DNA of 64,000 nt from Microcoleus sp. (GTDB lineage Bacteria; Cyanobacteriota; Cyanobacteriia; Cyanobacteriales; Microcoleaceae), in the NCBI GenBank assembly GCA_042408215.1, contig JAYFMW010000019.1, forward strand, positions 1 through 64,000, read 5' to 3'. The position numbers were made by a program, and so were the translations under genes. The notes beneath the pieces are model-generated. The model had not been told where the DNA came from. It searched no databases and saw only the letters and a program-made list of their open reading frames with translations. Below, piece by piece: positions 40,105-49,146 of the stretch; position 1 is the stretch's first letter, and each line of letters begins with the position of its first letter.

Positions 40105-41430
40105 CTATTTCGACTCCCTCACTACTTTAATAATGGAACTAGAAACATAGTTGGCCAATACTTCCTCTCCTACTGAATTATAGTGACAGCAGGCATCTTT
40201 GTAAACCGTTTCTTTTGTATTGTCCAAAATATTCACTCCGCTAAATACATTGACTCCGGCTTTTTGCAAATCATCGACTTTAGATAAAAGTACCGGATAG
40301 CCTTTTTTCACCCCTTCAATGTACGGGCTATCCTTGCTAATCGCAATTTCCTTTTCCTTTGAGGTAAACACTCGTTTCGTTGGATAATACTGGTTGGGCT
40401 GGATCAAGTGAAAATATGGGATTTTTCTACTAGATAAAATTTGATTCATCGTGACTGAGGATTCGTACCACATAGATGCTATTTTGTCAAAGGCAGCGGC
40501 ATCTTTTAAAACATAATCAGCTTTGGGAATGTAGACTATACCGCTATTTGCTGTGTCTGAGTTGGAGTTTTTGACTTGTCGATCGTACTTGACAACTGCT
40601 TGCTGGTAACTGTTGACTAATTGTCTGACTTGTAGGGAAGTTACTGCATGACACAAAGCTAACTGACAAGTTTGCAATTTGTCAACCGCCTCTTTTAACT
40701 GTTTTTTATTTTCGCTAATTTTGACTATCGAACTCATCACTTCCGGCGACAAGTTATTATTAGCCAAACCAGTTAACGGCTGTAGGTGTTGAACGCTGGG
40801 CATTCCCACTTCAACTTGAGCTTTATTATTTAAATTTGACAGTGCTACTTCGTTAAAACCGTCTATATTAACAACTAGATCTAATTTTTGACCCAAAGCT
40901 AAAAAATAATTTAAAATCAATAATTGCTGCGGCTGTTTGTAGCCGCCGTTGCCAAAATTTAAAACAATAATTTCCTTGTTCGCAAATTCTGGATAAGTCT
41001 TCAATTTGTTAGACAATCTTCGAGTTACGTATTCATCGACGGCAAAGTTATTGGCAACAGAACCGCCAAAAACGCCGACAATAAATTGATTTTTGTTAGC
41101 TTTGATAAACGGATATTCGTAGAGTGAGAAAAAGCCTTGTTTGTTGACTTTCAATTTTAACTTTTCATTAGTAAAAGCACCTTGTTTGATCGCGTAGCCA
41201 AAAAACGGGTGCAGTCTTTCAACTATCGACTCATCTAGCCTAATCCCAATTCTTTCAATATCTTCTACTACTTTTTCTTTGGTTTTAGTTCGGGTATAAA
41301 AAAACTGCTTTTGATCGATCAAATAAAATGCCAGCGACAAACCCTCCAGACAAATAAACGCGATCGCCAAATTAACAGCGATTAAACTCAAGACATTTTT
41401 GCCTTTTTTTAGTAGCGTTGAATCTTTCAT
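40105..41430 (-). CDS. SGNH-like membrane-anchored protein
   Basis: N-terminal TM, VGVFGGSVA, NFGNGGY, DGFNE, DACCHYN. Confidence 0.7.
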   Translation of the reverse strand: MKDSTLLKKGKNVLSLIAVNLAIAFICLEGLSLAFYLIDQKQFFYTRTKTKEKVVEDIERIGIRLDESIVERLHPFFGYAIKQGAFTNEKLKLKVNKQGFFSLYEYPFIKANKNQFIVGVFGGSVANNFAVDEYVTRRLSNKLKTYPEFANKEIIVLNFGNGGYKQPQQLLILNYFLALGQKLDLVVNIDGFNEVALSNLNNKAQVEVGMPSVQHLQPLTGLANNNLSPEVMSSIVKISENKKQLKEAVDKLQTCQLALCHAVTSLQVRQLVNSYQQAVVKYDRQVKNSNSDTANSGIVYIPKADYVLKDAAAFDKIASMWYESSVTMNQILSSRKIPYFHLIQPNQYYPTKRVFTSKEKEIAISKDSPYIEGVKKGYPVLLSKVDDLQKAGVNVFSGVNILDNTKETVYKDACCHYNSVGEEVLANYVSSSIIKVVRESK

Positions 41431-41442
41431 AAAATTGACTGA

Positions 41443-42675
41443 CTACGGTTTACTCTTTGGGAGTTGAGACTGCTTTAATTGTTGGCACAAATTTTGGTTG
41501 ATTTTGATACTAGCCAGTCGGTGTCCCAGTTCGTTCCAGTGGGCACCACAGGGTACAGAATTCTCAAAACCGTGAACGCAAACTTGATATTTTTCAGTGT
41601 AACCTTTAAACTGTTCCGCTAAAGTTAATACCCGAAAACCCTCGCTAGCGCCCAATTTTTCCAGCCTCCTGTCGGGATAAAACAAATTCTGAATATTGTT
41701 TTCCTGCATAAACTTTTTCCGCTTTTCCGAATCGCGATCTACTTGGATCGGATCGCCAATAACTACCAGCAAGAAATCAGCATTTTTCTGCACAACTTCT
41801 TTCCGCATCGTCACGATCGAACCCTCAGTTACCCTCCAAGCATTTTCCCAAACTGCATCCTCCGGCTCCTTAAAATTCTTGGCACTCAAAGCCGTAAAAT
41901 CCTCAGACAAATGCCGCTTTTTATTATCTAAATCGGCTTTTTTCACAACCTGCAAAATCCGGGAATTGCTGACAATCCATCTTGGTAGCCTGTCAACAAA
42001 GGAAACTGCTCTTTCGTTGCGATCGATCGGAGCCCGATCGCGAAAAGACATATCCGGTACTAACTTACCACTAGCATCATACACAAAAAATGGTCGGTAA
42101 AGGTCGTATTCCAATTTCTGGGAATTGTTGATGATATCGTTACCTGTAAAAAAGGCAAGAACTACAATATCAGGATTGTAATCCCACACCTTTTTTCGCA
42201 GCATAACTAATTCTTGAGCAGTGCTGTAACCCTGCACCCCGAAATTAATTACCTCAACTTTTTTGCGCCCCTTGACAGCCTCGCAATTCCCCAATTTCCG
42301 TTCCAATTTCGACCAAAAAGTCTGTTCGACAGGTACGTGGATGGCTTCCGTGAAAGAATCGCCCAAAACCGCCACCCGCAGAGTATTTGGAGGTTTAGCT
42401 TTTGTGTGTTCGCGATCGCGCAAACCCTGGCTATTCACCCGCACAAAACTCGCACCTTCCTCTTTCCATTCCCCCGACGCACCCGGTTTGAGCTTCCAGC
42501 CCAAATCCGGATCGGAAGTGTGGAAATGAGTCGGTGCAGATTCTCCAAAATCTCCTATTTTTTTATAGCCTTTAATCCCCGCCACCCGCAATCCAATTTC
42601 ACCAATTATCACCCCCATCAATAAACCGCAGAGTATCAAACCAAAATTGACACCCAAATTCTTCAACTTGCTCAT
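41443..42675 (-). CDS. SGNH/GDSL hydrolase family protein
   Basis: TM anchor, NSQGLRD, LGDSFT, NFGVQGY, FTGND, HWNELGH; start placed at ATG 42675. Confidence 0.88.
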   Translation of the reverse strand: MSKLKNLGVNFGLILCGLLMGVIIGEIGLRVAGIKGYKKIGDFGESAPTHFHTSDPDLGWKLKPGASGEWKEEGASFVRVNSQGLRDREHTKAKPPNTLRVAVLGDSFTEAIHVPVEQTFWSKLERKLGNCEAVKGRKKVEVINFGVQGYSTAQELVMLRKKVWDYNPDIVVLAFFTGNDIINNSQKLEYDLYRPFFVYDASGKLVPDMSFRDRAPIDRNERAVSFVDRLPRWIVSNSRILQVVKKADLDNKKRHLSEDFTALSAKNFKEPEDAVWENAWRVTEGSIVTMRKEVVQKNADFLLVVIGDPIQVDRDSEKRKKFMQENNIQNLFYPDRRLEKLGASEGFRVLTLAEQFKGYTEKYQVCVHGFENSVPCGAHWNELGHRLASIKINQNLCQQLKQSQLPKSKP

Positions 42676-42679
42676 TCTT

Positions 42680-42844
42680 TCAAAACAAAGTGTAAATAAA
42701 CGGAGCAATTACAGAACCCTGACTCAATACAATCAAAGCTCCCAAAAAGACTAAAGTCACAATTAACGGAAGCAGCCAATACTTTTGGCGTTCTTTCATA
42801 AACGCCCACAAATCTTTGAGAAAATCTAATGTTGATTCAAACAC
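42680..42844 (-). CDS. SxtK/DUF5989 family small membrane protein (absent from the ORF track)
   Basis: GTG start; MFESTLDFLKDLWAFMKERQKYWLLPLIVTLVFLGALIVLSQGSVIAPFIYTLF*. Confidence 0.88.
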   Translation of the reverse strand: MFESTLDFLKDLWAFMKERQKYWLLPLIVTLVFLGALIVLSQGSVIAPFIYTLF

Positions 42845-43255
42845 TTAAAAAGGACGCTCCATACTAACTTTGGTTCTTGCTTTGCTTTGGACGCGGTATG
42901 TATCCATTTTGGGATTGAGTTTTCGCCGCATTGCATCTTCGCCGAATAGGTTTTTAATAAATCCCATCGGCCAAATTATCAGGTAAAAAACTATCCCCAA
43001 AATAATCGGCGTTTCGATTTTGTTGAGGAGAAGTCCAAACCGCATCCACCCGTGATAAATGGGATTGAGTGATTTCGGCGCAACCAATGCTAGCACAACT
43101 AGGACTGCGCCGATCGCCCAGGGCCACCAATGTGTAGGATGACGGCGCAATAATGGTACTACTAAACCGAATAGCAGTGCTATCAAACCGCCTATTAGGA
43201 GTCCGAAATCACGGAGGCCTTTTTTATCGAGTTTTTTTATTTCGCGATCGCTCAT
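42845..43255 (-). CDS. SxtJ family membrane protein
   Basis: LRDFGL...P.Y..WM.FG..L.....P.ILG.VFY...P.G...D.M.R...MERPF. Confidence 0.85.
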   Translation of the reverse strand: MSDREIKKLDKKGLRDFGLLIGGLIALLFGLVVPLLRRHPTHWWPWAIGAVLVVLALVAPKSLNPIYHGWMRFGLLLNKIETPIILGIVFYLIIWPMGFIKNLFGEDAMRRKLNPKMDTYRVQSKARTKVSMERPF

Positions 43256-43408
43256 GGGAAGAAGGAAGTTCGGCAACTGATTGTGTAACGGATTTAACGG
43301 ATGTAACTGATGGAAGTTAGTCGTAGTTAGTCCTAGGGTGCGCAGTGCGCACCTTACCCGGATTGTTAGTTGTTAAATAACAAATAACTAATAACAAATA
43401 ACTACTAA

Positions 43409-45358
43409 CTAATCTAGTTCAAATTCATTTTTCCAAGCTTCGTCTTGTTTCCAAGGAATTTGTTCTGATTTAGGTAGCAAGAAATTCTCCAAAACCAGAT
43501 AATCCATTTCGGTACGCATGAAACAGCGATAAGCATCCTCTGGAGTACAAACAATCGGTTCGCCCCGGACGTTGAAAGAAGTATTCACCACAATCGAACA
43601 TCCCGATCGCGCTTCAAAGTGACTGATTAAGTCATAATACCGAGGATTGGTTTCTTTGTGAACTGTTTGGATGCGAGCCGAATAATCGACGTGGGTGACA
43701 GACGGAATCTCGGAACGCGGAACGTTGAGCTTGTCTATGCCGAACAACTGCTCTTGTTCGGCTGTCATCGGAATTCGCAGATTTGCTTTGACTGGAGCCA
43801 CCAATAGCATATAAGGGCTGGAATGATCCATCTCAAAATACTCAGCAACTCGTTCCGCTAAGATTGACGGCGCAAAAGGTCGAAAAGATTCCCGATATTT
43901 GATTTTCAGGTTCATCACCGACTGCATTTTGGCATTGCGGGGATCGCCAACGATCGATCGACCTCCGAGAGCCCGCGGCCCAAATTCCATCCGCCCTTGA
44001 AACCATCCCACCACATTTCCCTGTTCCAGAATTTCTGCCAACTGTGGCATTAATTCCGCATCGTCGAATCGATGATAGCTGGCTTTGACAGCATCCAAAT
44101 ACTCAACAATTTCTGTGTCAGTAAACCTTGGCCCCAAATACGAACCGCGCATTTGGTCGCGACAAGTTAAATGAGCAGTAGACTTAGTAACTGTTGCCAC
44201 TGGTTGGTTTGCAGTCAGGACTTCTGTTTTCTCTTCTACATTATTCGCCATTGTGCGATCGCCCACATCGCGCGTTTGTTCGCCATACTGATACCAAATC
44301 GCCAAAGCCGCGCCCAAAGCACCACCAGCATCTCCTGCGGCTGGTTGAATCCAAATATCTTTGAAAATGCCCTCCCGCAAAATGCGACCGTTAGCAACGC
44401 AATTAAGAGCAACGCCACCGGCAAGACAAAGATAATCCACATTCAATTCTTTTTTAACTGTTCTGCAAAGCCGCAACACAACTTCTTCGGTGACAACTTG
44501 AATTGAAGCGGCAATATCCATTTCTCGCTGAGTTAATTTACCTTCAGCTTTGCGTGGCGGGCCTTCAAATAGTTCGTCAAATTTCTGATTTGTCATGGTT
44601 AAGCCAACAGTATAGTTGAAATAATCCATGTTCAAACGGAAAGTTCCGTCGTCTTTGAGGTCGATTAAATAGTTGAGAATTTTGTCTACATATTTGGGTT
44701 CGCCGTAGGGCGCTAAACCCATGAGTTTGTATTCGCCAGAGTTGACTTTAAACCCTGTGTAGTAAGTGAAAGCGGAATAAAGCAAACCCAAAGAGTGGGG
44801 AAAATCGATTTCCCACTGGGGAGTCAGTTGGTTTCCTTCTCCTAGCCAAATGGAGGTTGTCGCCCATTCACCCACGCCGTCGAGACACAAAACGGCGGCT
44901 TTTTGAAAGGGGCTGGGAAAAAATGCTGAGGCGGCGTGGGATTGGTGGTGTTCGGTAAATAGGAGAGATGGCTTGAGTTTTGAGGTTTTGCAGTTTGCCA
45001 TTTCTGCGAGCTCTCTTTTGAGTATGGTTTTGAGGTACAGCTTTTCTTTTAGCCAGATTGGCATGGCGGTTAGGAAAGAGCGAAAACCTTGGGGTGCGTA
45101 GGCTAAATAGGTTTCGAGAAGGCGCTCGAATTTGACTAAAGGTTTGTCATAAAAGACTATTCGATCGAGTTGCTGTAGGTCAATTTTTGCTTCTTTTAGG
45201 CAATAGGCGATCGCATTCTTAGGAAATCTGGCATCGTGCTTTTTGCGGGAAAATCTTTCTTCCTGCGCTGCGGCGATAATTTCTCCATCGCTAATTAAGG
45301 CGGCGGCGCTGTCGTGATAGTACGCCGAGATTCCAAGTATGTTCATCGCTCTCCTCAC
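43409..45358 (-). CDS. O-carbamoyltransferase (NodU/CmcH/SxtI family)
   Basis: ILGISAYYHDSAA, QEERFSR.KHD, EHHQSHAASAF, EYKLMGLAPYG, EFGPRALG, FRPFAP, NTSFN. Confidence 0.95.
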   Translation of the reverse strand: MRRAMNILGISAYYHDSAAALISDGEIIAAAQEERFSRKKHDARFPKNAIAYCLKEAKIDLQQLDRIVFYDKPLVKFERLLETYLAYAPQGFRSFLTAMPIWLKEKLYLKTILKRELAEMANCKTSKLKPSLLFTEHHQSHAASAFFPSPFQKAAVLCLDGVGEWATTSIWLGEGNQLTPQWEIDFPHSLGLLYSAFTYYTGFKVNSGEYKLMGLAPYGEPKYVDKILNYLIDLKDDGTFRLNMDYFNYTVGLTMTNQKFDELFEGPPRKAEGKLTQREMDIAASIQVVTEEVVLRLCRTVKKELNVDYLCLAGGVALNCVANGRILREGIFKDIWIQPAAGDAGGALGAALAIWYQYGEQTRDVGDRTMANNVEEKTEVLTANQPVATVTKSTAHLTCRDQMRGSYLGPRFTDTEIVEYLDAVKASYHRFDDAELMPQLAEILEQGNVVGWFQGRMEFGPRALGGRSIVGDPRNAKMQSVMNLKIKYRESFRPFAPSILAERVAEYFEMDHSSPYMLLVAPVKANLRIPMTAEQEQLFGIDKLNVPRSEIPSVTHVDYSARIQTVHKETNPRYYDLISHFEARSGCSIVVNTSFNVRGEPIVCTPEDAYRCFMRTEMDYLVLENFLLPKSEQIPWKQDEAWKNEFELD

Positions 45359-45444
45359 AAATCGCTATGCGTTTGCATCTGAATATTTAGAATAGCTAAT
45401 GATTATAGCTGCTTAAGTGCGGATTTAAACTTTTTCTTCAACGT

Positions 45445-45552
45445 CTTGGACGCGCGCCAACTAAAGAAACCGGGTTTTTTACCGAATCTGGGGGCCCGAA
45501 CGGGTCTTTTCGTAAAAAAACCCGGTTTCTAGACCTCGATGCGTCCACGACT
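45445..45552. repeat. GAAACCGGGTTTTT/AAAAACCCGGTTTC inverted-repeat element
   Basis: Related copies at about 31733-31795, 49074-49145 and 63797-63906. Confidence 0.75.
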
Positions 45553-45594
45553 CTTCAATCCCAAATCTCAAATCTAAAATCTAAAATCCCAAAT

Positions 45595-46080
45595 CTAAAA
45601 TCGGCGCATCCGTCGCCCCCAGGCTCTAAAGTAAGTGGCGATCGGGAATTGATAAAATTCACCTACCAACCACAGCACAATGCCTAAATGGGACAAAAAA
45701 GCTAAGCCTGTCCAAGCCGCAGGGAACCAGGATAAGCGGCTACCGGGTACGGGGGGAAAATAGTAAGCTGAAAGTCCTAGCAAGGTAGTGGGAAGGAAGA
45801 TCAGACCGATCGCCGCTGCCAAGTAGGGCCATCCGAATTCTACGCCTTCGAGGTGGGCTCCGATCCATTGTTTGCCGTTCCAGTGCCAACTTACGGGCGG
45901 TTGGCGATCGGCCATTTTGAGGGATTGTCTTTCAACGCTGGCGGTGAAAATGTGCTGGCAGAAGTTACAACCCAAGGCATCCATCATTACGAGAGTTGAA
46001 ATTTGACCGGTGCGACATACCGGGCAAGGATAGTTATCTTGAGGGTTAAAAGGGCGGGTTGATTTTTTGAATCTCTGCAT
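45595..46080 (-). CDS. cyanobacterial hypothetical membrane protein with Zn-ribbon
   Basis: CPVC...CNFC plus two TM helices. Confidence 0.75.
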   Translation of the reverse strand: MQRFKKSTRPFNPQDNYPCPVCRTGQISTLVMMDALGCNFCQHIFTASVERQSLKMADRQPPVSWHWNGKQWIGAHLEGVEFGWPYLAAAIGLIFLPTTLLGLSAYYFPPVPGSRLSWFPAAWTGLAFLSHLGIVLWLVGEFYQFPIATYFRAWGRRMRRF

Positions 46081-46229
46081 GGATGAGGTGGTTTGTCAAC
46101 ATATTCAATTATTTTAACAGAGCGATCGTGCGTTGGGTCGGGCGGGTTTATGAGATTATTGATTTTAGGCAAATATTGTTGGTAAAACCCGCCCCTACAG
46201 GTTAATGATTCATGGTGGATGATTTGGGA

Positions 46230-47150
46230 TTAATTGCGGTGATTGTTGTTATACTGAATTCGGGCTCCGGCCCACTGAAGTTTTTCTCTCAAAGTGCCGT
46301 AATAAGAATAGTTTTCTCGCAAAATGATAAACTTGGCTTCGCAGTCTGCCATCCGCACCTCTACGCGCTGTCCGGGCCAAATGGCAGTACCTAAAATGCC
46401 ATCTGTCCAGAGTTTGGTAGTGAGTTCGTAATCTGCTAAGGGCCAAATGCTGACGACTGAACCGGCCGGCAAAACTACTGGGCGACTGGATAAACTTAAG
46501 GGACAAATCGGAGTAACTACGATCGCATCCATTCCGGGGTGTACGATCGGGCCGTTGGCAGATGCGGTGTAGCAAGTGGAACCGGTGGGAGTTGCGACTA
46601 TTAAGCCGTCGCCCTGATATTGATCGACTACTTCGCCGTCAACTTCCATTTCGAGAATGCAACTCGGCATTCGATCGGCACAAGCGGGTTTGATGCACAT
46701 TTCATTGAGCGCCAAAAAGCGATCGCTCTCTGGTTCGAGATTAGTTCTATTCCCATCAAAAATCGCCGCCTGCAACATCATCCGCTTCTGCACGGCATAC
46801 CTATCTTCGGCCAGCCTGTCCCAAATCTCTTCAGTATTTTGGAAATCCTCAAAAGATTCAGTTAAAAAACCTAAGTGTCCCCCCACATTCGCCGCCAAAA
46901 TCGGGATGCCGTCAGCAGCTAAATTTCGCGCCGCAGCAAGGGCAGTGCCGTCGCCACCGAGCACCACAGCCAGGTCGATCGGCACATTGCTAGAAGCCAA
47001 AAACACTGGATAGGGGTTATCTTTCGGGCCGCTCGGCCCCATCAAAATATGACACCCGCGACTTTCTAATTGCCGAGCACATTGTTCGGCCCATCGCTGG
47101 CTGAAGAGATCTCTGGCTTTGTGGGCAATAATTACTTGTTTTAGTTGCAC
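46230..47150 (-). CDS. nadK: NAD(+) kinase, second paralog
   Basis: GGDGT, GGHLGFL, LNE, GDG..ATPTGSTCY.SANGP. Confidence 0.93.
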   Translation of the reverse strand: MQLKQVIIAHKARDLFSQRWAEQCARQLESRGCHILMGPSGPKDNPYPVFLASSNVPIDLAVVLGGDGTALAAARNLAADGIPILAANVGGHLGFLTESFEDFQNTEEIWDRLAEDRYAVQKRMMLQAAIFDGNRTNLEPESDRFLALNEMCIKPACADRMPSCILEMEVDGEVVDQYQGDGLIVATPTGSTCYTASANGPIVHPGMDAIVVTPICPLSLSSRPVVLPAGSVVSIWPLADYELTTKLWTDGILGTAIWPGQRVEVRMADCEAKFIILRENYSYYGTLREKLQWAGARIQYNNNHRN

Positions 47151-47325
47151 AACCTGTCGATTTTAGATTTTAGATTTTGGATTTGGGATTGTTAGATTTT
47201 AGTTGAAAGATCTTGAAATATACGATCGCACAAATTGGTTTTGGACATCCTGTTAGATTTTAAACTATTTTGGAGAATTCCCAATTATTTAATCGAAAAT
47301 CGAAAATCGAAAATCGAAAATTGTA

Positions 47326-48972
47326 TTACCCGTCGATACTGCGGGATTTCGGGCGTGGCCATGTAATGCTGGTGTCGGCTGCGATTAGACGAGAAACAGC
47401 GATCGCCCCAAACTGATTAAGATGGCTGGGGTCAAAAAAATAGTCGTTGCGGTTTGGCCACCGCTGGGAAAAGTCGCGGAAAGCGAAGCCTTTTTGCCGC
47501 GAGAGTTGCTGCATTTGTTGCCGGAATTGCTGTTCTGCATAGCGACGAGTGCTGTCTAGATAGTCGTCGGTGAGGGGCAAATTGACGAAAACCAATGGAA
47601 TTTTGCGAGTTTTGACAAAAGCTATGACTGAATTGAAAGCTTGAGCCTGTTTGCCTTCAAGGTTGAAGTCTTCGTAGTCGCGATCGTACCTACCAGAAAC
47701 GTAGGGATGTTGGTCATAATAGGTGTTGGGATTATAGCGGGCCGACAGAGACATAAATCCGTTAGAGTCGATCGAGTCTGCCAAGTCGTTGACGGGCCTG
47801 ATCGGCCTAGTGGCGGGCGCTGAGAGGGTTCTATATGGTGCATTTTGGAATACTACAGGAGTGGCGATCGGTTTTAAATGAGATTTTGTAACATTGTCAA
47901 AAACCTTTCGGGGCGGATTCACCAATCGCTTTAAAGGATACCCAAAGACTAAAAAACCTCCCCCCACCTCGCGCGAGAGTCCTCGATCAATATTGGTGGC
48001 TGATGTAAGTTTTAACTCAGATTTTGTACCAATAGAGGCTGTCGAAAGCTGTGCTCTCTGGAAACTGCCGCGGCAAGGCTGCGGGAATTTGTAACACTGG
48101 GAAGTAACATTGGGTTCATCTTCCGGCAATTTGGGGCGAACACCTGCGACTAAAAGTTGATTGCCCTCAGAGGCGATAATTGAGTTAAAAGTGCGATCGG
48201 CCCTGCCACTATTGAATGCCCGCACCCCGTCAGCCCAGACAATCATTTGAGGTAAATGCTGGGGTTTTAAGAGTCGCCGCAGTTGAAAGTCAACTACTTG
48301 TGCAGTGGCACCGTTAACTGCAAAATTAAATATGGTTAAGCCCGATCGACCGTTAGCAGCCAAAGATTGTTTGAGCTGTTTGGGATCGACGCCTTGCAGC
48401 GCGCGAGAACTACCGACAATCAAAACATCTGGCGGGCCGACCGTCGCCACGTAGGATAGGTAAAGTTCTAGCTGTTCGTTGAGCAAATCGCTGCTAAAGC
48501 TGGCGGAGTTGAGTTGACGAGTTGCGCCTGCTTGCTGTTGGGAATAAGTGAGGTTTTTCATGTACTCCACCACTTTTTTCTCAGCAAAAGCCCGTTTGGG
48601 ACTGCTGGGAGGAACGGCTTGCATCCAAGCTACCGCTTGCACCCACAGGGCTGCTACTTCGTCCCAGTCTTGTTTTGAATTGGCTGATTGAGCCAAATTA
48701 GAGGCTTGGGTGGCAAAGCTAACCGCCTCCGTGAAGCCATCGTTTTGGGGGCATGAGAGCGCGCTAACGAATTTTTTGGGTTTTTTGGAGTTTTGAGCTA
48801 GGAGAGTCTCAGGGGGCTGTGCTTGGGCTGCGGATGCGATCGCCCCATCGGTCACTGCGGTGTTGAGCTGCTTCGTTGAGGAACATCCGACTGTTAAGGC
48901 TAGCACCGTCGCAGCGGCGCAGGTACGTTTGAGGATGCTAGTGCTGATGCTAGCAATGTAGTGGCGAATCAT
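47326..48972 (-). CDS. lipoprotein with DUF1574/SGNH-like domain
   Basis: Lipobox LTVGC; LIVGSSRA, NFAVNGA, FFDPSHLN. Confidence 0.75.
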   Translation of the reverse strand: MIRHYIASISTSILKRTCAAATVLALTVGCSSTKQLNTAVTDGAIASAAQAQPPETLLAQNSKKPKKFVSALSCPQNDGFTEAVSFATQASNLAQSANSKQDWDEVAALWVQAVAWMQAVPPSSPKRAFAEKKVVEYMKNLTYSQQQAGATRQLNSASFSSDLLNEQLELYLSYVATVGPPDVLIVGSSRALQGVDPKQLKQSLAANGRSGLTIFNFAVNGATAQVVDFQLRRLLKPQHLPQMIVWADGVRAFNSGRADRTFNSIIASEGNQLLVAGVRPKLPEDEPNVTSQCYKFPQPCRGSFQRAQLSTASIGTKSELKLTSATNIDRGLSREVGGGFLVFGYPLKRLVNPPRKVFDNVTKSHLKPIATPVVFQNAPYRTLSAPATRPIRPVNDLADSIDSNGFMSLSARYNPNTYYDQHPYVSGRYDRDYEDFNLEGKQAQAFNSVIAFVKTRKIPLVFVNLPLTDDYLDSTRRYAEQQFRQQMQQLSRQKGFAFRDFSQRWPNRNDYFFDPSHLNQFGAIAVSRLIAADTSITWPRPKSRSIDG

Positions 48973-49146
48973 AGAGCTTTTAGCGATCGCGAAACATTAC
49001 TAAATATTACATGAAAGCGCCAAAAGTCTCCCGTCGTCGTTGTTACGTTAGCGTATTCATGGGGACCCCAGCCACCGGGTTTTTTCACGAAAAGACCTGT
49101 TGGAACCAGCAGATTTGGTAAACACATTCGGCTTCGCGAGCGTGCT

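Noticed and set aside
38765..45358. Saxitoxin biosynthetic cluster
   Set aside because: No sxtA, sxtG, sxtB or other core genes in the window; flanks are housekeeping genes
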